Part shown: in pieces, positions 9,512-19,383 of the stretch
Position numbering within the stretch: the first letter of the stretch is position 1
Layout of the letters: each line of letters begins with the position of its first letter
Assembly (NCBI GenBank): GCA_963782525.1
Contig: CAWAKC010000004.1
Coordinates: 1-64,000, forward strand
DNA: 64,000 nucleotides
From: Candidatus Bathyarchaeota archaeon
GTDB lineage: Archaea; Thermoproteota; Bathyarchaeia; Bathyarchaeales; Bathycorpusculaceae
Reading direction: 5' to 3'
Program-made: the position numbers and the translations under genes
Notes under the pieces: model-generated
What the model was told of the DNA's origin: nothing
The model's database searches: none
What the model saw: the letters and a program-made list of their open reading frames with translations, nothing else

Positions 9512-9772
9512 TTGGGAAAAAGATCCACATTTGAACAATCCTTAGCTATTTTGGAAGTTGTGCGAACGCCAAAGATTCTAACGCATATTATGTATAAAAC
9601 AAACGTTAATTGCAATGTACTCAAGCTGATCCTTGAAGACTTGGAGAAGAAGGGTTTAATCACAACAGTTGAGATGCGCAGAGGAATTTCACGAAAGCAT
9701 TATATCAGTTCTCAAAAAGGCATAGAGGTTCTTTGCTCCGTTAGAAAAGCATCGGAATTGCTGCAGGCTTAA
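9512..9772 (+). CDS. Archaeal winged-helix transcription regulator
   Basis: KRS...THIMYKTNVN...LEDLEKKGLI...SQKG pattern. Confidence 0.75.
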   Translation: MGKRSTFEQSLAILEVVRTPKILTHIMYKTNVNCNVLKLILEDLEKKGLITTVEMRRGISRKHYISSQKGIEVLCSVRKASELLQA

Positions 9773-9785
9773 GGAGTATTGTTGT

Positions 9786-10289
9786 TTGTCGATTTCGATG
9801 GAAGAGGCTTTGGGAATCCAGCAGCCTGAACCGAAAGTGGAGGCTGTGCCAGAAGAGGAAGAGCTGGATATAGAATACTCGCATGTTGAGCTTAAGACAA
9901 TTCAGCGGGATAAGATTATTCTTGAGGAAGCGGCAAATAAGGGCTCGACTATCCCTGAGATTTGCGAGATTTTGCGAGAAAAGGGGCATCCTGCAAGTCA
10001 GAGAACTATCTGGACAGTTCTGCACAGTGACCGCGCTACTAAGTTTAGGGAAGAGTTGGAGCGTGCGCAGTGTCGAGATATTGCATTGCTTCGTGCTTAT
10101 GCGTTGCAGGATAGGGATTTGAAGGCTTTGGCTGCGGCGATTTCGGCGCGTGAGCAGAGAATTAAGAATTTGACGCCTAACAATCAACCCAATGTCAACG
10201 TGGATGTCAAAGTTAATAACAAAATTGACGTTACCAAAGAAGTTGCCGAAATCATAAAGTTTAGTCGTGAAGAAGATGCTGGCAAGTGA
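9786..10289 (+). CDS. Putative terminase small subunit
   Basis: HTH-like segment (TIPEICEIL...SQRTIW) directly upstream of, and overlapping, TerL. Confidence 0.6.
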   Translation: MSISMEEALGIQQPEPKVEAVPEEEELDIEYSHVELKTIQRDKIILEEAANKGSTIPEICEILREKGHPASQRTIWTVLHSDRATKFREELERAQCRDIALLRAYALQDRDLKALAAAISAREQRIKNLTPNNQPNVNVDVKVNNKIDVTKEVAEIIKFSREEDAGK

Positions 10290-11596
10290 AAGCCGATGTT
10301 TTGGGGTATGCTCTTAGAGATGGGCAGCTAAAGATTGTCGGCTCCGTCTTGGATCCCAATGTTAAGCGTCTTATTGTTAGTGCAGTGACGCAGTATGGCA
10401 AAACGAGGGCTGTTGCCATCGGTGTTTTGCTCTATATTTTGGTGAATGAAAACAAGCGGATCCTGTTCATCGCGCCAACCATCGATCAAACCAATATTAT
10501 CCGGAATTATGTATCGGAGCATATTGCGGCAAGTCGTCAGCTTGCTTCTTTGGTGAATAAGCCTAGGCGCAGCAACCCCGAAGACCTAAAAAACGAAATG
10601 AGTAAGAAGCGTCTAACGCTCAAAAACGGCTGCGAAATCATTACATTAACAGCCCATGGCGCTGGGGAAGAGCCTGGCAAGCAGTTGATGGGGTTTGGCG
10701 GCGACGTAATTGTTGTAGACGAGGCCTGTCTGGTTCTTGATGAGGTTTACCGTAAGCGTATTAAGCGCATGTTGGGCAGCAACCCAAACAGCAAACTCAT
10801 CATTTTGGTTAATCCGTGGCATCGACGCAACTTTGCTTTTAGGGCTTGGCGAAACCCCAAGTTCAAGAAAATCCATATTGATTGGCGTCAAGCAGTCTCC
10901 GAGGGGCGTGTTACTGAAGAATTCATCGACGATATGCGCCAGGAGCTTTCAGATTACGAGTTTAAGGTCCTCTATGAGAGTGAGTTTGCGGAAGATTCTG
11001 AGGATTCGCTGATTCGTTGGGATTGGATCCAGCGTGCTCTCGTGAAGAAGGTTGAGTTTTCGGGTGCTACGCAGACGGTTTGGGGTTTAGATGTTGCTGA
11101 GCAAGGCAAGGACCTCACCGTTCTTACCCGTGCGGAGACTGATGGCGTGCATTATGCTGTGATTGGGCAGCAGCATATCCAGGAGCGGGAAACAATGCCC
11201 ACAGCTAATCGTGTGGCCGCCATTGTTCCAAAAGATGAAACCCTGCACGTTGACAGCATCGGCGTTGGCGCTGGCGTGCATAGTCGGCTGTCTGAGATGG
11301 GGCTTAGGGCAATTTCCGTTAGAGTTAGTATGTCTCCTTCCTGTGAGGGGGATCGTTATCTTAACGAGAAGTCGCAGCGGTTTTGGAAGCTTCGCTCAAT
11401 CTTTGAGCAGGACCTAATCAGCATCCCAAACAATCCGCATCTGATTAGTCAATTATCGCAGATGCGTTATGAGTTTACGTCGGCTGGCAAAATCCGTATT
11501 GTTGATCCGGAGGGCAAGAGCCCAGATTTTGCGGATAGTTTGATGTTAACGCTTCTGGATTCGAGAAAGCGGCCTAAGGCGGCTAATGCATCATGA
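10286..11596 (+). CDS. terL: Terminase large subunit
   Basis: Walker A TQYGKT, Walker B VIVVDEA, coupling motif VNP, nuclease motifs GLDVA and PDFADSL. Confidence 0.92.
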   Translation: MKADVLGYALRDGQLKIVGSVLDPNVKRLIVSAVTQYGKTRAVAIGVLLYILVNENKRILFIAPTIDQTNIIRNYVSEHIAASRQLASLVNKPRRSNPEDLKNEMSKKRLTLKNGCEIITLTAHGAGEEPGKQLMGFGGDVIVVDEACLVLDEVYRKRIKRMLGSNPNSKLIILVNPWHRRNFAFRAWRNPKFKKIHIDWRQAVSEGRVTEEFIDDMRQELSDYEFKVLYESEFAEDSEDSLIRWDWIQRALVKKVEFSGATQTVWGLDVAEQGKDLTVLTRAETDGVHYAVIGQQHIQERETMPTANRVAAIVPKDETLHVDSIGVGAGVHSRLSEMGLRAISVRVSMSPSCEGDRYLNEKSQRFWKLRSIFEQDLISIPNNPHLISQLSQMRYEFTSAGKIRIVDPEGKSPDFADSLMLTLLDSRKRPKAANAS

Positions 11597-11733
11597 AGAC
11601 ACCTAAAATCTTTGCAGGCAAAAACAGAGCTGAGAGTGCGGATCGCTTTGCCGAGTTTGACCCAGAGTTTAAGGACCTGCAGAAGCAGGGCGCAATTAGG
11701 GTTTTAAGTACTTCATCGGATCGGTAGAGAATC

Positions 11734-13114
11734 TTGAGTGAGAAAAAATCTTCCTGGAAGGGTTTGTCGCATTACGCTAAAGTGCTAGTTTACGGCAGCG
11801 CAGCGAGTTCTCCCAAGATAGGCAAAGGCGACTTCGGAACCTCCAATACCCCAACAGACAGCGAGAATTATGCAAGTATGGATAAGGATTACCGTTGGTT
11901 CCGCCAAGATGAGCTTGTCCGCAGATGCACAATTATTAATGCTTGTTTTACTGCTTTGGCAGCTGGGTTTGAGACCACTCTTGAGCCAACAAAGCCCATA
12001 GCTGATGAGAACTGAAAAGAAAGCCTTCTTAGAGAAATATCAGTACGTCAAGGATTATGTCGACGCAATTAACAAAGCAGTAAACTTTGACCAGGTTCTA
12101 TTTGTTGCCCAAATTAAACGCAGCATCTTTGGGAAATGCGGGTTTGAGATCGTCTTTAAAACCGACGGCAAAACTCCTGCATACCTGATTAGTCTTCAGA
12201 GCCCAAAGTTAACTCCCAAGAAAAACAAGGATTGGGAACTCACCGGCTTCAAATATACTGGCATCAAAGAGGGCTATGACGTCGATGAAGTCTTATATTT
12301 TGTTAACACTCAGCTCGAGAATGATTTCTTGGGTTTAAGCGATGTTGAACCCATCCGTTCAACCTGCAAAGCCCGAAATTACTTGCTCGATAAGGATTTC
12401 CCCGAGATTACCCGTCGGCTTTGGGCACCCTATACTTTGCTTGAAGCGGATACAGCTGATATGGCTGACGATGATGAGACCGCTTTTCTTAAGGATCTGG
12501 CAAAGATCGCTGAAGCGGGCAAGAGCACTGCGATTAACAAGTCTGTCACAGCCCAAGTGGTTGAGTTCCGCATTAATTTAGGAGGGCTTGTGCAGTTGAT
12601 GGATAAGCTTGAGGAAGGAGTTATCCGAGCATATGGCACGCCGCGTTTTCTAATTAACAAGACGCCTGAGAATAGGGCAACTGCATATGTCGAGTTTGAA
12701 GCTTACGTTGAAGGGGTTATCAAGCCTAATCAGCGTTACTTCAAGCGTGTTTTGGAATCCGAGATGTGGTATGATAGGCTAACTAGGCTTGCCATGGAAG
12801 AACAAGGGGAGAAAATTGCTAAAGGCGTGTCTCTTCCGGTTAAGGTTAAGCAAAATTTCAAGCCAGTTAAGGCCTCTGACATCTATGCCATGGCGGCAGC
12901 GGTTGCAAGTCTTTACGGTAACGGTAGCGGCGTTTTAGCAGAGTTCCCCGAGATTGCTTTCGAGATGATGAATTGGGACCAAGAGTTGCTTAAGGCAAAA
13001 GAAAAGTCCCCACAACCTGGCAAAACGTCAGTTGTCAAGGGCGAAGATAAGGAGGGCAACTATGAGGAGTACATTATCCGTCGCCGATTGCCTGCAGCTC
13101 ATCAGCATAGTTGA
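11734..13114 (+). CDS. Portal protein, split into two ORFs (11734-12015, 12005-13114) by a +1 frame break
   Basis: Position between TerL and head genes; portal-like motifs (IFGKCGFEI, DFLGLSDVE, RAYGTPRFLI); removing one base near 12010 joins the frames. Confidence 0.78.
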
Positions 13115-13376
13115 TGCCACAGAGGTCCTTGAAGCCTTCAAGAGGATCCCCGAAGAATTTACGGGGTTTACCTTCTTTGGCGCTGATGATCGCTGGCTGT
13201 ACCTTCAATCTGGTAACCCGAACCTTTGTGAGAACTGTTTGGGCTATGACGGTGAAGTCTTCTACGGTGATAGCCTAAGATCCGAGTTTCCGTATCTGCG
13301 AATTATTGATGAGAACACGATTAACCCCAATGTCCATCCGCATTGTGAGTGCCTTCTGATTCGGGTTATAGCGTAA
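13032..13376 (+). CDS. Minor head protein, MuF/SPP1 gp7-like C-terminal motif
   Basis: CENCLGYDG...PNVHPHCEC resembles the MuF HPxCRC motif; follows the portal. Confidence 0.68.
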   Translation: MSRAKIRRATMRSTLSVADCLQLISIVDATEVLEAFKRIPEEFTGFTFFGADDRWLYLQSGNPNLCENCLGYDGEVFYGDSLRSEFPYLRIIDENTINPNVHPHCECLLIRVIA

Positions 13377-13407
13377 CAGATTTTCAAAGTAACAGAGGTA
13401 AAATTGT

Positions 13408-14457
13408 TTGTCTAAACAGCATAACCATGAGCTAGTCTTCATTGCGGGTTTGCATCGGCTTGATGCTGCCAACAAGAAGGCAGTGTTCTACTTGATGAAT
13501 ACTAGCCGGAACCGCAATCGCTGGGGAGTCACCCAAAAGGCACTCGATGAGGCTTTGCCATCGCTGTTAAAGAAGCCCTTGGGCATGGGCAGGGACTATG
13601 AGCTGGGGCATTTTCCCGATGAGGAAAGTATCAATGTTGGGTTGTTTTCGGCTTTTGAGAATAAGGGTAACTATGCATTGGGCACCGTCGACATAACCGA
13701 TGATAAAGCATTAGCGATGCTTGAAGCTGGCGAGTTGGGACCAATTAGTTCTGTTATCTTGCCCTATTATGATACTTGCAGCGTTTGCGGTGAAGTTTTA
13801 GATGCCAACTGGGAAATTCACCCTTGCATAGCCGAAAATAAGGCATTCTCAGAAGTGCAATCGTTTGAGTTTCACCGTTTCGATTTTGTTGATGTGCCAG
13901 CGTATCCGCAAGCGGGCTTCATGAATTTTGCCTCCAAACGAGAGGATAAGAGTGTGCCTCTTACGCTTCTGGCAAGTGTCTACAACAATTCACGGTCTCC
14001 AATCTTACAGGAGCAAAATAAAGTGTCCGAAAAACAAGAGAATGAAAAAATAGCGGCACTTGAGCAGAGGGCAACCAAAGCCGAAGCTGACCTCAAGAAA
14101 GCACAAGACGACGCATCAACAAACGCCACTAAAGTCAATGAGCTCAGTGCAGAACTCAAAGCAATCAAAGATGAAAAACACGCTGGCCTGGTAGAGCAAG
14201 CCTACCGTGCACGTGTCGAAGCTGGCATCGCAGGCGAAGAGAAAACAGATAGAGAAATGCTTGCGGCATTAGATGACAAGAACTTGAAGCTTTTCTTTGT
14301 TGAGGCTCAGAAAATCGCTAAAGTTGTTTCTACTCAAGGGCATCAATCCCCCAAAAACAAGTATCAGGCGGGTGAGGAAGATGAGCTTGCAGCTGCAGTC
14401 GCAGCCAAAAGAGCAGAGCTTGGCTTACCCGAAATAAAAAAACAGGAGAAAAAATAA
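13408..14457 (+). CDS. Prohead protease/scaffold
   Basis: Protease-like N-domain (FDFVDVPAY), CSVCG zinc insert, coiled-coil C-terminus; lies before the capsid genes. Confidence 0.7.
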   Translation: MSKQHNHELVFIAGLHRLDAANKKAVFYLMNTSRNRNRWGVTQKALDEALPSLLKKPLGMGRDYELGHFPDEESINVGLFSAFENKGNYALGTVDITDDKALAMLEAGELGPISSVILPYYDTCSVCGEVLDANWEIHPCIAENKAFSEVQSFEFHRFDFVDVPAYPQAGFMNFASKREDKSVPLTLLASVYNNSRSPILQEQNKVSEKQENEKIAALEQRATKAEADLKKAQDDASTNATKVNELSAELKAIKDEKHAGLVEQAYRARVEAGIAGEEKTDREMLAALDDKNLKLFFVEAQKIAKVVSTQGHQSPKNKYQAGEEDELAAAVAAKRAELGLPEIKKQEKK

Positions 14458-14458
14458 T

Positions 14459-14917
14459 TTGACGTTAGGAGATTATGGACTCAAATCAGCTCTTCTTGTC
14501 GTTGAAAAAATGACTATGAAGAGCAACACCGACGCAGTAAAAGGCAAACTCTACGCTGACGACGGAGCAGGCTTAGTTCTCGCAACCGTTGCCCTAGCTG
14601 CAGTCACAAAGGTTGTTATGGCAAATGAAGATCACGACTACAGCGAAGAAACAGACCACGACATCAGCGTAACGGTTGTGGGCTTGGTTGAATGCGCAAA
14701 AGTCGCAGGCTCGGGTTTAGCACGCAAGGGCGACAAAATCATGGTTTCTGCAACAGCGGGAGAATGCACAAAGTTTGTTGCGGGCGATGTTACTGCTACA
14801 GTCAACGAATCTACGGTTGAGGCAGCTAACCTGGTTAACCTTGGCAAGATCGGAACAGCCTACGAAACCTCAGCTGATGCAGATACCACACAGAAGATGT
14901 GGTTAGGAGTCTTCTAG
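14459..14917 (+). CDS. Head decoration/cement protein
   Basis: Small Ala/Gly/Val-rich beta protein between scaffold and MCP. Confidence 0.6.
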   Translation: MTLGDYGLKSALLVVEKMTMKSNTDAVKGKLYADDGAGLVLATVALAAVTKVVMANEDHDYSEETDHDISVTVVGLVECAKVAGSGLARKGDKIMVSATAGECTKFVAGDVTATVNESTVEAANLVNLGKIGTAYETSADADTTQKMWLGVF

Positions 14918-14918
14918 T

Positions 14919-15872
14919 ATGTCTCATCCAATCAGGGTCTTTAAATCCGCTGTAGACGGCAAATTCTACAAAGCAAACTACACAGAACGTGGAAGAAACG
15001 CAAGCTTAACAGCAGGCGGAATCGTTTCCCCAAGCGATGTTGAAGCAGTCGAAGCCGTAACAATCCTGGAACAAGTCTTAGGCTACGCATGGCCCAACTA
15101 CAACCTGCGCTCAATCTGCAGAACTATCCAGATGGATAACTTGCAAGAACGAATCGACATCGCAACCAAATCAACAGGTCAACGAAAAGTTAAACCAATG
15201 CAGGAAGCCGAAATCAGCAAAGACGCATTCGCACCAATCAACTTTGACCTATGGAAGAACGTTGTGCACGTTGCAGTCGCCGACGAGGCAGGAATGAAAT
15301 CAGCACATAACATCCTGCAACTCCAAACAGAAGCCGCTGGCAGAGATCTAGGACGCATGGAAAACCTCGACATCAAAGACATAGCCGAAGCATGCACAGA
15401 AAAAACATCCAGCACCCCATACGTGGATTGGGCAGCAAAATCAAGCGGCATAAGCACAAACGATCCATTCGACGCTATCATCCCCGCAATCGATTATATC
15501 CAGGGCAAAGGCTGGCCAGTTGACTTCATGGCATTGCACCAAACAATCTACAGCAAATTCATCCGCAACACACACGTCCGAGAATTAGTTCATGCGGGCA
15601 TTGCGAGTTTGGGTCCAAACGGCGGCGCCTTCACCTTGCCAGGCTACCCAACCGTTAAGGTCGTCACTGACTTTGCATTAACAGAAACTCCAGATAGCAC
15701 TCATGGTCCACTCATTGGCAGTTCAGTTGCTCCAGGCTTAGTTTTCGGTGAAGGTCCAACAATGGCAGCGCAGTACAGAGACGAAGCGAAAGGCTTTGAC
15801 GGCTATATAATCCGCAAATGGCAAGAGCCCAAAGTCGTCATACAAGACGCTATCACAAAAATCTGCACTTAA
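14919..15872 (+). CDS. Major capsid protein (HK97 fold)
   Basis: Size, position and MCP-like segments (AAGRDLGRMENLDI, PKVVIQDAITKI); followed by a T-tract. Confidence 0.82.
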   Translation: MSHPIRVFKSAVDGKFYKANYTERGRNASLTAGGIVSPSDVEAVEAVTILEQVLGYAWPNYNLRSICRTIQMDNLQERIDIATKSTGQRKVKPMQEAEISKDAFAPINFDLWKNVVHVAVADEAGMKSAHNILQLQTEAAGRDLGRMENLDIKDIAEACTEKTSSTPYVDWAAKSSGISTNDPFDAIIPAIDYIQGKGWPVDFMALHQTIYSKFIRNTHVRELVHAGIASLGPNGGAFTLPGYPTVKVVTDFALTETPDSTHGPLIGSSVAPGLVFGEGPTMAAQYRDEAKGFDGYIIRKWQEPKVVIQDAITKICT

Positions 15873-15877
15873 CCCTC

Positions 15878-15891
15878 TTTTTTTCTTTTTA
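15878..15891 (+). terminator. Archaeal oligo-T terminator after MCP
   Basis: TTTTTTTCTTTTT immediately after the stop codon. Confidence 0.55.
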
Positions 15892-16040
15892 ATAACTAGC
15901 GGTTTCAGCTCTGTTATCCAAACAAGCAATGGCACACTATCACCGTTTATCTAATATTCTATCCTCCAGTCTGGTTTACACCCAGTCAATCGTCGGAAAG
16001 TCATCCAGCCGGGCAAACGCAAAATATTATTACAACCCCT

Positions 16041-17075
16041 ATGATTAAGGAGATTATGCAATTAGATCAATTAGAAAAGAAATTGTCCATAATATTTGAT
16101 AAAATATTAGCAGATCAAGAGAAAGGGTTGAAAGACAATTCTTTTCTTCAATTGAGTGACTATCTTAGCTTTAATTTTCCTAATACTGATATGCTGATTG
16201 ACATCTTCTCAATGATTTCCACGGATGACAAACTAAGGATCCTTTTTATTAACATTCTAAAAAAACAGGTATCGCATGCCGAAGAGATCCAATGGGGAAT
16301 GTTAGGTCGGGGCTTTTCCTTGAAGGGAATATCCCCAACTTGTTTTCTATGCTTGGTCAAAATCGGATATATTAAAGACGCTTTGGAAGCCCTCGGAAAA
16401 AGGAAACAAGGGAAAATTGGCATTTATACGGTGATAAATAAAATTTTGGATGAGAATTATTTCAACGCTGAACAATTGGAAGCTTTGTTTGAGATAGTGA
16501 AGAATGATTATGATCAACATTTAGTTGACATTACAAGTTCATATAAAATCACTTCCATTTTACAGGACAGACTAATACAGCTCCGTCATGAATTTTTGGG
16601 AAAAGAAGTAAAGGGTACTAACGTCGAAATTAATCAGGACAAAAAAACGGTTGCAGAAAAAATTCATTTATTTGGTTTCGATCCGAAGTATCAAGAACTT
16701 TTGAACTGCATTGACATTTACTTGATAACTGAAACCTCAAAACCTTTGAACGCAGGTATGATAAATAACCTTCGTACATTCATGGCTGATTTGGTTACTG
16801 ATATTGCACAAAGTATTGCTAAAAAAGAGCATGAAAAAATTCCTCAGACAAAAGAGTCTAAATTAGGTAACATGCGAAGCTATCTAAAAATTAAACTGAG
16901 CTTGACGGATAAAGACGACAAATTGATTGACTCTTTTATTGATATTTTACATTCTGAAGGAGGGCATTCTTTCATATCTGAAAAAGAGTATTTCCGCTTG
17001 TCTATGAATATTGCAATTGAGATAGCCCTGTTTCTCCTATCAAAATATGGCAAAAGATATCCCAAAAAGGACTGA
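16041..17075 (+). CDS. AT-rich moron, possible Abi/HEPN-like C-terminal domain
   Basis: Visibly lower GC than flanks, own intergenic region, interrupts the head-neck operon; helical C-terminus ILHSEGGH. Confidence 0.6.
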   Translation: MIKEIMQLDQLEKKLSIIFDKILADQEKGLKDNSFLQLSDYLSFNFPNTDMLIDIFSMISTDDKLRILFINILKKQVSHAEEIQWGMLGRGFSLKGISPTCFLCLVKIGYIKDALEALGKRKQGKIGIYTVINKILDENYFNAEQLEALFEIVKNDYDQHLVDITSSYKITSILQDRLIQLRHEFLGKEVKGTNVEINQDKKTVAEKIHLFGFDPKYQELLNCIDIYLITETSKPLNAGMINNLRTFMADLVTDIAQSIAKKEHEKIPQTKESKLGNMRSYLKIKLSLTDKDDKLIDSFIDILHSEGGHSFISEKEYFRLSMNIAIEIALFLLSKYGKRYPKKD

Positions 17076-17126
17076 CGTATTATCTAAAGCATAAACGCTG
17101 AAAATCATCTTTCGGTGAATTAAACA

Positions 17127-17465
17127 ATGTATGGCGATTTGGCTAATGTTCAGTTTATGGCAGGCGTGACTGTAAATGATGGCGTGAGCTCTGCCGATGC
17201 GGAGTTAACTATGTACTTGGGCAAGGCCTGCGATTTCATTAACAACTTCCTCAAGGGATTTGTGTCGGTGCCGTTGGATCCTGTTCCTGCAGTTGTGGAT
17301 ACGATTGCAGAGTTCTACGCTTCGGGGCTCTATCTTGCCCGAAATAATCTTTCTGAAGGCCAGACGCAGCATCCCAACGTGGTCTTGGCAGAAAAGAAGC
17401 TGGCTGAGTATAGGGCGAGTCTTCGCCGGGGCTACAAGCTGTTTAGTAATGCTGAAGTGGAGTAA
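17127..17465 (+). CDS. Head-tail adaptor
   Basis: MYGDLANVQ start and helical pattern typical of gp15/gp6-type adaptors; position. Confidence 0.65.
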   Translation: MYGDLANVQFMAGVTVNDGVSSADAELTMYLGKACDFINNFLKGFVSVPLDPVPAVVDTIAEFYASGLYLARNNLSEGQTQHPNVVLAEKKLAEYRASLRRGYKLFSNAEVE

Positions 17466-17471
17466 GGCGCC

Positions 17472-17930
17472 GTGTCTGTTCGGGTTAAAGTTGATTCTAC
17501 TAGGCTTGAGAGTCTAGTCGGTGGGGTGGCTGCTCGGCAGGGGCTTGTTTTTGGTGAGTGGCAGCGGCAGGGATCCGTCGAGGCTGAGCGCGTGTTAAGG
17601 GCTAATACGCCTGTTCGCACTGGTTTTCTGCGTGATAGTATCGTTAAGCAGTTGACGCCTTCGGGTTTCACAGTTTACCCCACGGCATCCTATGCACCGG
17701 CAGTAGAGCATGGGACAGGTCCGCACACGATTTTTCCTTCACATGCCAAAGTTCTTTGCTTCAGAATCGGCAACCTTGGTTGGGCATTTGGAGAAGGCGC
17801 AATCTTTGCAAGGCGGGTTGATCATCCTGGATTTGCTGGTCGCTTCTTCATACGCAAAAGCGGCGAGGAGTTGCGTGGCAAGTTAAGAGATCTGTATTTG
17901 ATGCTTTGGAGTCGGATGCAAAATGAGTAA
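17472..17930 (+). CDS. HK97 gp10-like neck/tail completion protein
   Basis: TPVRTGFLRDSI and YAPAVEHGT motifs. Confidence 0.8.
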   Translation: MSVRVKVDSTRLESLVGGVAARQGLVFGEWQRQGSVEAERVLRANTPVRTGFLRDSIVKQLTPSGFTVYPTASYAPAVEHGTGPHTIFPSHAKVLCFRIGNLGWAFGEGAIFARRVDHPGFAGRFFIRKSGEELRGKLRDLYLMLWSRMQNE

Positions 17931-18339
17931 CGGCATATTAGCGATAAAAGCGGCTGTCAAAGGCGTCCTTGCGGATGCTTCTTTAAGCCAAGTTTCTAGG
18001 TGGCTCTCAGCTGAGCCTTCGCCATCTGCTTATCCTGGACTATGTTTTGGCTGGGTTGAATGGAGCGGTGGTCCAATTGTTCAAGCAAATTTTGACCGCA
18101 AAAAAGCAGTTGATGAATTCTTCATAGTCATAATTACTAAGAACGCTGATGCTGACCAGGCGGAAAGTGACGGATTGTCATTAGCCGAGAAGGCTGAGGC
18201 TTTGTTTTCTGCTGATCGTAAGTTGGGTGGCGCCGTAACTGATAGTTTGGTTACATTGCGTGAGAAGCAAAAAGTGTTCGACGGCAAGTTTAGCGTTAAT
18301 GCTGTTCGTTTGACACTACAGACTTGGCGTTGGCTATAG
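17923..18339 (+). CDS. Tail terminator/completion protein
   Basis: Size and position before the tail tube; DRKLGGAV motif. Confidence 0.62.
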   Translation: MSNGILAIKAAVKGVLADASLSQVSRWLSAEPSPSAYPGLCFGWVEWSGGPIVQANFDRKKAVDEFFIVIITKNADADQAESDGLSLAEKAEALFSADRKLGGAVTDSLVTLREKQKVFDGKFSVNAVRLTLQTWRWL

Positions 18340-18388
18340 AGTAACTGCCAGGCATTTCTGGCATTACATTATTTGGAGGCAAAAAATT

Positions 18389-18781
18389 ATGTCTAGTCCA
18401 GTCCCTGTTTTGGGTAGAGATGCCCGTCTAATAAAATCCAGTGTAGCCATCGGTTATGGCAAAAGCATTAAAGTATCCGCAGACGCTGAAGAAATAAAAG
18501 TCTACAGTATGGATTCTTTGCAGCCTGCTATCACTGCTGCTGGGAAGCAGTCTTTTAAGTGGTCCTGTGATCGCCTTTTCACCGATAAAACTTATTTGGC
18601 GCTGCTGATGGCTGGCACCAAGTTTGATTTGGTGTTTGCTCCTGAGGGTGACGCTGAAGGCGATACGATTGAGACTTGGAAGAACTGCAGTATTTTGCAT
18701 TGTGAGCGTTCAGCCGGCGAAGATGACGGTGTTTTGGAGAGTATTAGTGGCTCTGCTGAAACAGTCGAGTTTCCAGCTTAA
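18389..18781 (+). CDS. Tail tube protein
   Basis: 130-aa beta-rich protein before the chaperone and TMP; no sheath gene nearby. Confidence 0.7.
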   Translation: MSSPVPVLGRDARLIKSSVAIGYGKSIKVSADAEEIKVYSMDSLQPAITAAGKQSFKWSCDRLFTDKTYLALLMAGTKFDLVFAPEGDAEGDTIETWKNCSILHCERSAGEDDGVLESISGSAETVEFPA

Positions 18782-18790
18782 GGCGGGTTA

Positions 18791-19383
18791 TTGATGGGTA
18801 ACGAAAAACAGTTGAGTTCTGCCGAAGCTGTTAAACTGCCTGAGAACGAAGCGAAAGTTGCAGAGTTTAAGAGGCGTGCTGAAGCTGACGACGCCCGAAA
18901 TCAAGAAATTTTTAATTTATTTGACCCCGTTGCGTTGCTGCAGCGAGCTGGCCAGATCCATGAAGCGAAGCATCAGACTTTGGGCTTGATTCGGTATGGT
19001 GAGTTGGTAATCGCAGATTCTGAAATCATCAACAAATGCAAAAACAAAGCAGACCGCAACGCCATGAGCATCTATTTGATGCTGAAAAAAGCCTATCCTA
19101 ACCTGCCCGATTATACCCCAGAGACTATCAGCGAATTTAACTGTTCTTTTCCAATGTTGGAAGCTTCAGAACTGATAAAGTTCCTAAATGAGCAGCCGGG
19201 TTTTTTGTTAACCAAATCGCCAACTGGATCAAGCACAGTTCAGACGGCGAAAACATCGGTTTAGTGCTCTCTACTTTTCCCCAATTCAATTTCAGTAGCT
19301 TGCGGGAGCTCACAGTTTTTCAGTTTAATTATTTGGTCGCCTGGGCAAGACTGCACCAGGTTAAGGTGAGGCAGATTGGCTAA
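18791..19383 (+). CDS. Tail assembly chaperone (short form to 19264) with -1 frameshift extension to 19383
   Basis: G GGT TTT TTG at 19198-19207; the -1 frame is open to TAA 19381-19383, overlapping the TMP start. Confidence 0.8.
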
